Origin: Bacillota bacterium
GTDB lineage: Bacteria; Bacillota; DTU025; MWDF01
DNA length: 32,000 bases
Direction of reading: 5' to 3'
NCBI GenBank assembly: GCA_017994615.1
Contig: JAGOKM010000006.1
Location: forward strand, 1 to 32,000
This document shows positions 25,051-32,000 of this stretch, piece by piece. The number at the start of each line of letters is the position of its first letter. Position 1 is the stretch's first letter. The translations under genes and the position numbers were made by a program. The notes under the pieces are model-generated. The model was not told where the DNA came from. It worked only from the letters and a program-made list of their open reading frames with translations, and made no database searches.

Positions 25051-25967
25051 CGGAATCCCCCTTGAGCCGCCCCGGCGTCAGCCATATGAGAAGCAGGCTC
25101 AGGTTCGCCGTCCATCTCCAGGGCCCCCCTGAACGCCGCCAGAGCCACTTCTACCATGCTGTCGTCGGGCTCCTTGGTGGTTAGCTTCTGCAGCTGGAGG
25201 CCAGGATATGATACAGCGCGCAGTATGGCGCTCTCGCGCCTCCTTGCGGCCAGCTTGAACAGCTCATAGGCGAGGCCCGCCACTAAAGGCAGCAGGATGA
25301 CCCTCGAGAGTATCCGCTCGAGCATAGTCTGCCTTCCCAGCAATGAATATATGAGTATGGACATGAACATCACAATAAGGAGGAAGTTCGTCCCGCACCT
25401 GGTATGCATGGTGTTGTGCGCCTGTATGTGCTCCGTGTCTAGCGGCTCGTCGGATTCGTAGGCCGCGATGACCTTGTGCTCGGCGCCATGGTATGCGAAC
25501 AGCCTCCTGATGTCCTTCATGAATGAGATCGCGTAAAGGTATAGGGCGAATATCGTGAGCCTCAACGCCCCTTCGATCAGGTTCACCGCCACTACGCTCC
25601 TGATGTACTTCGTGATTAGCCCTACCAGAAGGTTCGGCACTATTATGAACAGGCCTACGAAAAGGCCGAACGATGCTATCATAGTGAGGGCCACTTCCCA
25701 GCTCGAAAGCTTCTCGTCCTGGCCTGTGGCCTCGTTAGCCGAGAACATCAGGGCATCCATGCCGATTACGAGCGTCTCAACGAAGTTGACTACTCCCCTT
25801 ATGACCGGCAGCTTGAGGATGTGGTGTTTGTCCTGCTGCTTCATGAATTTCTTGTAGATGCTTATCTGCCCGTCGGGCTTCCTTACCGCCACGGCCATGC
25901 CCTTGCGTCCTCTCATCATGACGCCCTCCAGCACCGCCTGGCCTCCGTAACTGTGTTTTTCGCCCAT
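25047..25967 (-). CDS. DUF1385 (YqhQ-like) membrane protein
   Basis: 306 codons. The N-terminus [14 protein letters not shown] and the later AYHGAEHK are signatures I associate with DUF1385. It has several TM segments. Its position between tdk and prfA/prmC matches many Bacillota. Confidence 0.8.
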   Translation of the reverse strand: MGEKHSYGGQAVLEGVMMRGRKGMAVAVRKPDGQISIYKKFMKQQDKHHILKLPVIRGVVNFVETLVIGMDALMFSANEATGQDEKLSSWEVALTMIASFGLFVGLFIIVPNLLVGLITKYIRSVVAVNLIEGALRLTIFALYLYAISFMKDIRRLFAYHGAEHKVIAAYESDEPLDTEHIQAHNTMHTRCGTNFLLIVMFMSILIYSLLGRQTMLERILSRVILLPLVAGLAYELFKLAARRRESAILRAVSYPGLQLQKLTTKEPDDSMVEVALAAFRGALEMDGEPEPASHMADAGAAQGGFR

Positions 25968-25978
25968 GTCTTCTCCTC

Positions 25979-26581
25979 TCAGTCGGCCCCCGGCCTTCCT
26001 GGGACCTCATGACACCTGCGGCACCTTGCCTCATAGGATTCGCTTGCGCCGATCATAACTACGGGATCGTCGAACCTGGCGGGCTTGCCGTTCACCAGGC
26101 GTTGGGTCCTAGATGCCGTAGCGCCGCATCTCATGCATATCGCGTTAAGCTTGGTGACGTCCTCCGCCAGGGCCAGCAGCGCTGGCATCGGCCCGAACGG
26201 CTCCCCCCTGAAGTTGGTGTCGAGGCCCGCCACTATTACCCTAACGCCCCCTGAGGCGAGCTTGTCGCACACGCCCACCAGACCTTCGTCGAAGAACTGA
26301 GCCTCGTCTATGGCAACCACCTGTGTGCCTACGGGGATCTTCCCGATCAGGTCGTGGGAATTTGCGACAGGCATGCCTTCAAGCTTGTCCCCGTCATGGG
26401 ACACGACTTCGCTTTGAGAGAACCTGTCGTCTATGGAATGCTTCAGGACGACCACGCGCTGCTTGGCGATCCTCGCCCTTTTCACCCTCCTTATGAGCTC
26501 CTCGCTCTTTCCGGAGAACATGGAACCGCAGATTACCTCTATCCAGCCGCCGGGGTTGCTTACCCTGAGCTCCATCTGCAT
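25979..26581 (-). CDS. tdk: thymidine kinase
   Basis: P-loop [23 protein letters not shown], and a Zn ribbon (C-x-x-C ... C-x-x-C: CMRCG ... CRRCH). GGAGG lies only 2 nt before the ATG at 26581, so the in-frame ATG at 26575 (8-nt spacing) may be the real start. Confidence 0.9.
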   Translation of the reverse strand: MQMELRVSNPGGWIEVICGSMFSGKSEELIRRVKRARIAKQRVVVLKHSIDDRFSQSEVVSHDGDKLEGMPVANSHDLIGKIPVGTQVVAIDEAQFFDEGLVGVCDKLASGGVRVIVAGLDTNFRGEPFGPMPALLALAEDVTKLNAICMRCGATASRTQRLVNGKPARFDDPVVMIGASESYEARCRRCHEVPGRPGAD

Positions 26582-26610
26582 TACCTCCAGGAGTGCCTTG
26601 CCAATTAATT

Positions 26611-26654
26611 ATAAAATAATGTCGGAGCCTTAGCATATAGCAAGGCTCCGACAT
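26611..26654 (-). terminator. rho-independent terminator after rpmE
   Basis: 13-bp perfect stem (26619-26631 atgtcggagcctt pairs with 26642-26654 aaggctccgacat) and a 10-nt loop. On the minus strand it is followed by TATTTTAT (26611-26618). Confidence 0.7.
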
Positions 26655-26699
26655 ATTCGTCTTAGGGCAAGCAGGCTCGAAGCCGGCTCGCCCGCAGCT

Positions 26700-26897
26700 C
26701 TAAAGGTTGTGCTTCTTGCGGAACTTCTCCACCCTGCCGCCGGTGTCTACTATCCTCTGGACCCCGGTAGTGAAAGGATGGCACTTGGAACAGATCTCGA
26801 CCCTGAGGTTCTCTGCCGTCGAACCCGCCTCGAAGGTCTCGCCGCATGCACAGGTGACTTTCGTCACCTTGTACTTCGGATGTATCTTTTCCTTCAT
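26700..26897 (-). CDS. rpmE: 50S ribosomal protein L31 (Zn-binding type A)
   Basis: [27 protein letters not shown]...[10 protein letters not shown]...VEKFRKK. The true ATG at 26897 has GGAGGTG 6 nt upstream. The ORF-track start at 26999 adds a non-homologous 34-aa extension. Confidence 0.95.
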   Translation of the reverse strand: MKEKIHPKYKVTKVTCACGETFEAGSTAENLRVEICSKCHPFTTGVQRIVDTGGRVEKFRKKHNL

Positions 26898-26995
26898 TTC
26901 GTTCACCTCCACAAAAGAGAAGGAACTGTCTCTTTGACGTAAAGCAATAAGTAGTTTAACACAATGCCCTGGAAGAATGGAAGCGGAATCTATCC

Positions 26996-28165
26996 TCACC
27001 AGGCCCTGAAAATCAGGAACTTCAGGTACTCCGTCTCGGGCATCGAAAGCAGCTGCGTATGGTCCCTCGCCTGCGACCTTGCCTCCACAAGCTGGAGGTA
27101 CCTGCCGGCGTCGGCGCCTGCCGAGGCTATGACGTCCTTGAACATCTCCATGTCTATATGCTGCGAACAGCTCGATGTTACGAGATATCCGCCCGGCCTG
27201 GTCAGCTTGATGCCCCTCAGGTTTATCTCCTTGTATCCTCTCAGGGCGCCTTCTATCGCTTCCTTGTTCCTCGTAAAGGGCGGCGGGTCCAGCATTACTA
27301 GGTCGTAAGACGCCCCGTCCCTTACTAAGCCGTTCAGCTCGTCGAACGCGTTCACCGCGCTGAACCGGCTTATGCCTGCAAGGCCGTTTATCGATGCGTT
27401 GTGCCTGGCCTTCTCTATGGCCTGCCCGCTCATGTCCATGAAATGGACGCTCCTTGCGCCGCGTAGCCCCGCTAATATGCCGAAGCTGCCGTTGTAGCAG
27501 AAGGCGTCCAGGACGTCTGCATCCTTCGCAAAGCCGGCTGCGACAAGCCTGTTCTCCCTCTGGTCAAGGTAATAGCCCGTCTTCTGGCCGGTGGAGACGT
27601 CTATGTCCATGAGCGAGCCGTTCTCCCTTATCCTTACAGCCGTGTCGAACTGTTCCATCAGGAAGCCCTGCTTCGGTTCGAGGCCCTCGTACCTTCGGAC
27701 GGGCATGTCGTTCCTCTCATAGGCCTTCCTGGTGCCCAGCAGCTCGGATACCAAGGAGGCGAACATCCCCTTCCTCATATCCATCCCGAGGGTGGTCGTC
27801 TGCAGGACGAATACGTCCTCGTAGACGTCAACCGTAAGGCCCGGCAGCATGTCGCCCTCGCTGTTTACAAGCCTGTAACAGGTAGCCCCCTGGGCCACCA
27901 GCCTCCTGTAGTCCAGACAGCCCGCAAGGGCGCGCCTGAAGAACTCCTCGTCGACCGGCACGTCTTTCCTTGTGAGCATCCTCGCCTTCAGCGTGTCCGA
28001 GCCGCTTACCATAGCCTTCCCCAAAAAAACGCCCTGGAAGTTTACTACATCGGCTATGTCGCCCGGCGCAGCGGATTCTATGGCCTCTATCTCGCCTTCG
28101 AATATCCACAGGTGCCCCGATCTTATTCTCCTGTCCTTCCCCTTGTAGATCCTGATCCTTCCCAA
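26996..28165 (-). CDS. rlmI: PUA-domain class I SAM-dependent rRNA (cytosine-C5) methyltransferase, RlmI/YwbD-like
   Basis: 389 codons. TTG start at 28165, with GGAGGG 7 nt upstream. The N-terminus [11 protein letters not shown] is PUA-like. [12 protein letters not shown] and the methyltransferase motifs [10 protein letters not shown] and MLDPPPF are present. Confidence 0.8.
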   Translation of the reverse strand: MGRIRIYKGKDRRIRSGHLWIFEGEIEAIESAAPGDIADVVNFQGVFLGKAMVSGSDTLKARMLTRKDVPVDEEFFRRALAGCLDYRRLVAQGATCYRLVNSEGDMLPGLTVDVYEDVFVLQTTTLGMDMRKGMFASLVSELLGTRKAYERNDMPVRRYEGLEPKQGFLMEQFDTAVRIRENGSLMDIDVSTGQKTGYYLDQRENRLVAAGFAKDADVLDAFCYNGSFGILAGLRGARSVHFMDMSGQAIEKARHNASINGLAGISRFSAVNAFDELNGLVRDGASYDLVMLDPPPFTRNKEAIEGALRGYKEINLRGIKLTRPGGYLVTSSCSQHIDMEMFKDVIASAGADAGRYLQLVEARSQARDHTQLLSMPETEYLKFLIFRAW

Positions 28166-28184
28166 ATCGAAGCCCTCCGATGGT

Positions 28185-28221
28185 GGCGCCGCGGATTTGA
28201 CCCAGTCACCTCCGCGGCGCC
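28185..28221 (-). other. GC-rich stem-loop between the giant surface-protein gene and rlmI (no U-tract)
   Basis: 11-bp stem (ggcgccgcgga 28185-28195 pairs with tccgcggcgcc 28211-28221). An inner 4-bp TGAC/GTCA helix sits in the loop. On the minus strand it is followed by ACCATCGGAGGG, which is the rlmI RBS. Confidence 0.4.
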
Positions 28222-28242
28222 TCAGCTATGGCACAGGCCCTT

Positions 28243-31200
28243 CTACTTGTTGTAGGCCTCCACTTCGTATATCTTCACGAACTCGTCCTTGTAGAGCATG
28301 TCGTAGTAGTAGACCCTGATGGCGGTCGCCTGCACCCTGCTGAAGGTCATGCTTATAGCCACAACCTCGGTCTGGCTGGGAGTAGTACCTGCCGCCTTGT
28401 TGTCCTTGTAGTCGTAGATCTCTGTCCATTTCTCGTTTATCAGGGCCATCAGCTTCATGCTCTTAGGCGCGCTCGGTGCCGCTATCTTTATGACTACGTT
28501 GTTGAGCGCGACCGTCTTCTGGAAGTTGACCTCTATCCACTGAGGTGTGCCGGATGTGGCCGAGCCTTTGGACAGCCAGAAGGACGACACGTTCTCGTCT
28601 ATGGCTAGCGCCGCGGTGTTGCCCCCGGTCCATCCGTTGGTGTTTGTCTTCGTGCCCTGAGACTTGCCCGCCAGGTTGACCAGCCCGGGTTGCGTCGGCG
28701 TAACCGGAGGAGTCACTACAGGCGGTGTAACCACAGGAGGCGTTACAACTGGAGGCGTCACCGGAGGAGTCACGACGGGTGGCGTAACCACCGGCGGCGT
28801 CGATGTTGCCGCCGTGCGGAAGCTCGCCGTCTGGGATACCGCGACGTTGCCTGCAAGGTCCATCGCCACTGCCCTGAAATAGTACGTGGTATTGGGCTTC
28901 AGGCCCGTCAGGTTGAGGCTGAAGTTGGTGCTGCCTATCCTCGTCGGCGACGGATTCGGCGTTATTATTACCGTGCTTGGCTGGCTCGAGGTTGCTGCCG
29001 ACGACCTGACATCGGCGTCGCCTGAGACTGCGCTGAGCGAGGACGCGCTGGTGCCGAACTCCACGCTTCCGAAGGCCGGCTCGTTGGTGTACCAGGTTAT
29101 CGTCGCCGAGCTATCCGTTATGTTTCCGGACATGAGGTTCGATATGGTCGGCGCTTTGGTGTCCAGTATTATCTGCGCGACGTAGGCTTGCGAGACGTTG
29201 CCCGCAGCATCCCTGTACATGGCCCATATGTTCCTCTGCCCGTCCCCCTGGGCCATCGTGTAGGGCACCTTGCCGGCAAACTGCGTCCAGTTGCCCCATA
29301 CGACGTTGAACGAGCTTGTACCCTCGCCTATGCGGTATTGTATCGACGCCTGCGGCGTCACGTTGTCCTGGGCGTTTAGGTTCAAGTACACATACCTGGA
29401 CCTTGTATACATTGTGTTGTCATTGATCGTTATCGACCCTGTCGGAGGCATCGTGTCGGCGGGAGCCGCATCCTGTGTCCTGAAGCTGCCCACCTGGGAT
29501 GCCGACGCGTTGCCGGCGAGGTCCATGGCCACCGCCCTGAAGTAATAAGTGGTGCCGGGGCGCAGCCCTGTGATGGTGACGTTGAAGTTAGTGGCCCCCG
29601 TCCTCGTCGGGCTCGGGTTGGGGGTGATTATCACAGCGCTGGGCTCGGCCGAGCTTACCGAGGCCGACTTAGCCTCGCTGTCCCCAGTCGACAGGCTCAG
29701 GGCTATCGAAGAGGTGCCGTATTCTACGCTGCCGAACGCGGGCTCGTTGGTCATGAACGTGACTACGGCGCTTGTCTGCGTCACGTTGGCAAGTCCGAGG
29801 TTCAAGATCGATGGCGCCCTTGTGTCCAGTATTATCTGTGCGCCGTATGCCTGCGAGACGTTGCCCGCACCGTCCATGTACATCACCCATATGTTCCTCT
29901 GCCCGTCGCCGTAGGAGAGGGTGTATGGCACCCTGTTTGCGAACTGCGTCCAGTTGCCCCAGCTGATGCTGAAGGAGCTGATGCCCTCTCCTATCCTGTA
30001 CTGCAGACCGGACGTTGGAGTCATGTTGTCCTGGGCGTTGAGGTTGAGGTAGATGTACCTGGACCTCGTATACATCGTGTTGTCGTTGATAGTTACCGAC
30101 CCGCTCGGGGGCATAGTATCGACCGGCGCAGGGTCCGGCGTCCTGAAGCTTGCCACCTGCGTCGCTGCCGCGTTGCCGGCAAGGTCGACCGCGACCACCC
30201 TGTAGTAGTAGGTCGTGCTCGCCCTAAGGCCGGTTAAGCTGAAGTTGAAGTTCGTCGAACCGGTCCTGGTCGGCGAAGGGTTCGGAGTGATTATCACCGC
30301 TGTGGGCTCCGCCGAGCTCACCGAGGCGGATTTGGCCTCGCTGTCGCCTGCCGAGAGGCTGAGCGAGAACGACGCCGTACCGTACTCCACGTTTGCAAAC
30401 GACGGTTCGCTGGTCCTGAAGCTCACGACCGCACTCTGCGTCGTGACGTTGGAGACCGCAAGGTTGGTGATGGACGGCGCCTTGGTGTCTAGCACCACAT
30501 ACGCCCCGTAAGCCGGAGATGTGTTGCCAGCTGCATCCCTGTACATCACCCAGATGTTGCGCTGGCCGTCGCCGTAGCCCATTATGTACTGCACCCTGCT
30601 GGAGAAGCCCTGCCAGCTGCCCCATGCCACGTTGGCCTGGCTTGCGCCTTCACCTACCCTGAACTGTATCTCGGCCTGCGACGACCTGTCGTCCGTGGCG
30701 CTGAGGTTCAAGTAGACGTACCTTGAACGGGTGTACAGCGTGTTGTCGTTTATCGTAAGCGAGCCCGTGGGCGCCTTGGTGTCCGCAGGTATCGACGCCT
30801 GGGTCCTGAAGGACGCCACCGAGCTTTCGGCCGAGTTGCCGCCGGAATCGCGCGACATCACCTTGTAGAAGTATGTCGTATCGGGCCTGAGACCGGTGAG
30901 GAACACCCTATGTGCCCTCGTCGAGTCGCCCTGGCCTGCGCTGAAAGTCAGTGAAACGGATGATGTCCCGAAGAATACCCAGGAGTCCGAGTTCTCGTCG
31001 GTGTCCCATGTCACTTCCGCGTTGTCTATGCCGGCCTGGGCCCCCACCCAGCCGATCCTGGGGGCCGTCCTGTCAAGGGATATCGTGGTTGTCGCTTCGG
31101 TCGATACGTTGCCCGCTGCGTCCCTTACCCTTGCATAGACGGTCCTTGCCCCTTCCCTGTCGCTCAGCACGAAGCTGGCGAACGAGCTGTACGCAGACCA

Positions 31201-32000
31201 CGTGCTCCAGTTGGACGAGTCGTCCCTGAAGCTCATCTCGGCCACAAAGCCGGATTCGTCGGTGGCATAGAGCTCCAGGCTTATGGTCCTGTTGTTGGTG
31301 GAAGCCGCCCCGCCGTTGATCCTGAAGCTGTTGATCCTGGGAGCGCTCCTGTCGGCCGAGAGCGTGGTGAAGGTCCTGACGTCGGAATAGGCCTGCCGGC
31401 CGGCCGAATCCCACGCCACGATCTGGTACTGGTAGGTCGTTATCGGCTGGAGGGCCGAAATCGTCACCTGATGCCTCGTTGACGGGCCTACCTGCTGCGA
31501 TGTCAACTGCTGCCCGCCGCTGGAGTATACTATGTAGCCATATGCCTGCGCATCCGTAGACCATGCGACGGTCGCGGTATTCGCAGTCACGTTGCTGACG
31601 CTTATCCCCGTGATCGCAGGGGGCCTCGCTGCAGCGCTGGTCGTTAGCGTCACCGCCTGGCCTTCTGTCTTGAGGCCGTACGCGTCCACGGATATCGGCT
31701 TGAACTGGTAGGTCTGTCCCGGCAGGAGCCCTGCCACGTCGACGCTGTGCGACCTAGTGGAGGTCTCAGACCCCACGACGTTGGCCGACTGGCCCAGCTT
31801 GTATTCGACATAGCTGCTTGCTGGCCTGTCTGTCGCCCACTTGACGTTCACCGTGCCGGCCGATGTCTCCTGGGCCGTCACGTTGGTTATGACGGGCCCG
31901 GATATGTACTGGCTGATATCTACCTGCACAGGGGCGAAGTTCCCCGCCCCGTCCACCACTGCGGCCGAAACAACCCTGCTTGATCCCATCACGAACGTGA
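28243..32000 (-). CDS. giant repeat-rich cell-surface protein, 5' end outside window (Fn3-like + Ig-like modules, PVT linker, C-terminal discoidin/F5-8 type C-like domain)
   Basis: The ORF is listed from 31992, but the frame is still open upstream to position 32000, so it is probably N-terminally truncated by the window.
- Two Fn3-like units (res ~32-118 and ~123-210) follow the pattern V.W.T......V.Y........H.V.L.GL.P.T.Y.Y.
- Four composite Ig-like + Fn3-like modules follow.
- A (T)PPV(V) linker comes next.
- The terminal domain carries ALAIDENVSSFWLS...WIEVNF...IRVYY...IYEVEAYNK. Confidence 0.8.
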   Translation of the reverse strand, partial: TFVMGSSRVVSAAVVDGAGNFAPVQVDISQYISGPVITNVTAQETSAGTVNVKWATDRPASSYVEYKLGQSANVVGSETSTRSHSVDVAGLLPGQTYQFKPISVDAYGLKTEGQAVTLTTSAAARPPAITGISVSNVTANTATVAWSTDAQAYGYIVYSSGGQQLTSQQVGPSTRHQVTISALQPITTYQYQIVAWDSAGRQAYSDVRTFTTLSADRSAPRINSFRINGGAASTNNRTISLELYATDESGFVAEMSFRDDSSNWSTWSAYSSFASFVLSDREGARTVYARVRDAAGNVSTEATTTISLDRTAPRIGWVGAQAGIDNAEVTWDTDENSDSWVFFGTSSVSLTFSAGQGDSTRAHRVFLTGLRPDTTYFYKVMSRDSGGNSAESSVASFRTQASIPADTKAPTGSLTINDNTLYTRSRYVYLNLSATDDRSSQAEIQFRVGEGASQANVAWGSWQGFSSRVQYIMGYGDGQRNIWVMYRDAAGNTSPAYGAYVVLDTKAPSITNLAVSNVTTQSAVVSFRTSEPSFANVEYGTASFSLSLSAGDSEAKSASVSSAEPTAVIITPNPSPTRTGSTNFNFSLTGLRASTTYYYRVVAVDLAGNAAATQVASFRTPDPAPVDTMPPSGSVTINDNTMYTRSRYIYLNLNAQDNMTPTSGLQYRIGEGISSFSISWGNWTQFANRVPYTLSYGDGQRNIWVMYMDGAGNVSQAYGAQIILDTRAPSILNLGLANVTQTSAVVTFMTNEPAFGSVEYGTSSIALSLSTGDSEAKSASVSSAEPSAVIITPNPSPTRTGATNFNVTITGLRPGTTYYFRAVAMDLAGNASASQVGSFRTQDAAPADTMPPTGSITINDNTMYTRSRYVYLNLNAQDNVTPQASIQYRIGEGTSSFNVVWGNWTQFAGKVPYTMAQGDGQRNIWAMYRDAAGNVSQAYVAQIILDTKAPTISNLMSGNITDSSATITWYTNEPAFGSVEFGTSASSLSAVSGDADVRSSAATSSQPSTVIITPNPSPTRIGSTNFSLNLTGLKPNTTYYFRAVAMDLAGNVAVSQTASFRTAATSTPPVVTPPVVTPPVTPPVVTPPVVTPPVVTPPVTPTQPGLVNLAGKSQGTKTNTNGWTGGNTAALAIDENVSSFWLSKGSATSGTPQWIEVNFQKTVALNNVVIKIAAPSAPKSMKLMALINEKWTEIYDYKDNKAAGTTPSQTEVVAISMTFSRVQATAIRVYYYDMLYKDEFVKIYEVEAYNK
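28246..28680 (-). other. discoidin / F5-8 type C-like (carbohydrate-binding-like) C-terminal domain
   Basis: NAALAIDENVSSFWLSKG..TPQWIEVNFQKTVALNNVVIK...ATAIRVYYYD...VKIYEVEAY. The motif spacing is typical of F5/8 type C / CBM32-like domains. The protein ends here with no recognisable sorting signal. Confidence 0.65.
28693..28800 (-). repeat. 36-codon Thr-Pro-Pro-Val(-Val) linker, imperfect 12/15-nt periodicity
   Basis: Encodes TPPVVTPPVVTPPVTPPVVTPPVVTPPVVTPPVTPT. The DNA units (ggNggNgtNacNac on the + strand) differ at synonymous positions. Confidence 0.9.
28813..30783 (-). repeat. three tandem in-frame coding repeats (663, 663 and 645 nt) inside the surface-protein gene
   Basis: Copies lie at 30121-30783, 29458-30120 and 28813-29457. 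Each starts D-T-(K/M)-(A/P)-P-(T/S)-G-S-x-T-I-N-D-N-T-x-Y-T-R-S-R-Y and ends A/G-S-F-R-T. Long stretches are identical at protein level (GDGQRNIW, IITPNPSPTR, TTYY(Y/F)R(V/A)VA(V/M)DLAGN). The DNA is clearly alignable but diverged. Confidence 0.9.
30784..31353 (-). repeat. fourth, more diverged copy of the Ig-like + Fn3-like module (190 codons)
   Basis: DRSAPRINSFRINGGAASTNNRTISLELYATDESG...ARVRDAAGNVS...LDRTAPRI...AHRVFLTGLRPDTTYFYKVMSRDSGGNS...ASFRT. The module order is the same as in the three downstream copies, but it lacks their ~30-aa insert (AKSASVSSAEP..IITPNPSPTR). Confidence 0.7.

Noticed and set aside
26608-26636. A TATAAT (26608-26613) just upstream of tdk, considered as a tdk promoter.
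   Set aside because: The hexamer lies in the U-tract of the rpmE terminator, and the best -35 at 17-nt spacing is ATGCTA (3/6 match). It could be real but is not supportable from sequence alone.
26898-26995. The rlmI-rpmE intergenic region, considered as an L31 autoregulatory leader or weak terminator (AAGAGA-8 nt-TCTCTT stem followed by TTG).
   Set aside because: The stem is only 6-8 AT-rich base pairs. I see no conserved structure that I recognise and no clear promoter hexamers.
26898-26999. A 34-codon extension of the rpmE ORF.
   Set aside because: L31 homology starts at MKEKIHPKY (ATG 26897), which is preceded by GGAGGTG. The extension overlaps the rlmI stop region and has no homology.
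28813-31353. Large tandem repeats considered as a CRISPR array, satellite or mobile-element remnant.
   Set aside because: The period is ~650 nt and there is no short repeat-spacer structure. All copies are in frame within one long ORF and encode recognisable Ig-like and Fn3-like modules. These are coding domain repeats.
1-32000. A search for defence systems, toxin-antitoxin pairs, prophage or transposon genes, tRNA/rRNA genes and CRISPR arrays.
   Set aside because: Every ORF over 100 codons on the coding strand is accounted for by housekeeping or envelope functions. The intergenic regions are too short (mostly under 100 nt) to hold RNA genes. I saw no inverted terminal repeats and no integrase or transposase motifs.

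Overview
This is a 32 kb, moderately GC-rich bacterial chromosomal segment. All 24 protein-coding genes I can support lie on the minus strand, with very short or overlapping junctions. All product calls come from motif and architecture recognition by eye, and no database search was possible. In transcription order (high to low coordinates) there are four blocks.

1. **Surface protein.** The 3' 3.75 kb of a giant repeat-rich surface protein. It has Fn3-like and Ig-like modules, three ~650-nt tandem coding repeats, a Pro-Val-Thr linker and a C-terminal discoidin-like domain.
2. **Housekeeping block with Bacillota-like synteny.** rlmI-like, rpmE, tdk, DUF1385, prfA, prmC, tsaC/sua5, an in-frame rpiB-upp fusion, dCMP deaminase, wecA/tagO-like, wecB/mnaA, murA.
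3. **Outer-membrane biogenesis block.** An S55/SpoIVB-like peptidase whose Ser and His motifs are in reversed order, bamA (3 POTRA), skp, one 1079-codon ORF fusing an LptF/G-type permease to LptD, lptC, lptA, lptB, and a DUF3084-like two-TM coiled-coil protein.
4. **Envelope-tether block.** A 1050-aa protein with SLH, about 360 aa of split coiled coil and a large beta-barrel (SlpA/OmpM-like); a YqgF-like nuclease; a shorter OmpM-like barrel with a degenerate SLH; and an exported protein cut by the window edge.

I found no rRNA, tRNA, CRISPR, transposase, integrase or recognisable defence genes. The likely host is a diderm, LPS-exporting bacterium of the Terrabacteria type that tethers its outer membrane through SLH proteins.

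The most unusual signals:
- the LptF/G::LptD fusion, which has an internal signal-peptide-like seventh hydrophobic segment
- the permuted S55 peptidase next to bamA
- the coiled-coil DUF3084-like gene that closes the lpt operon
- the SlpA-like tether with a hinged coiled coil
- the rpiB-upp fusion
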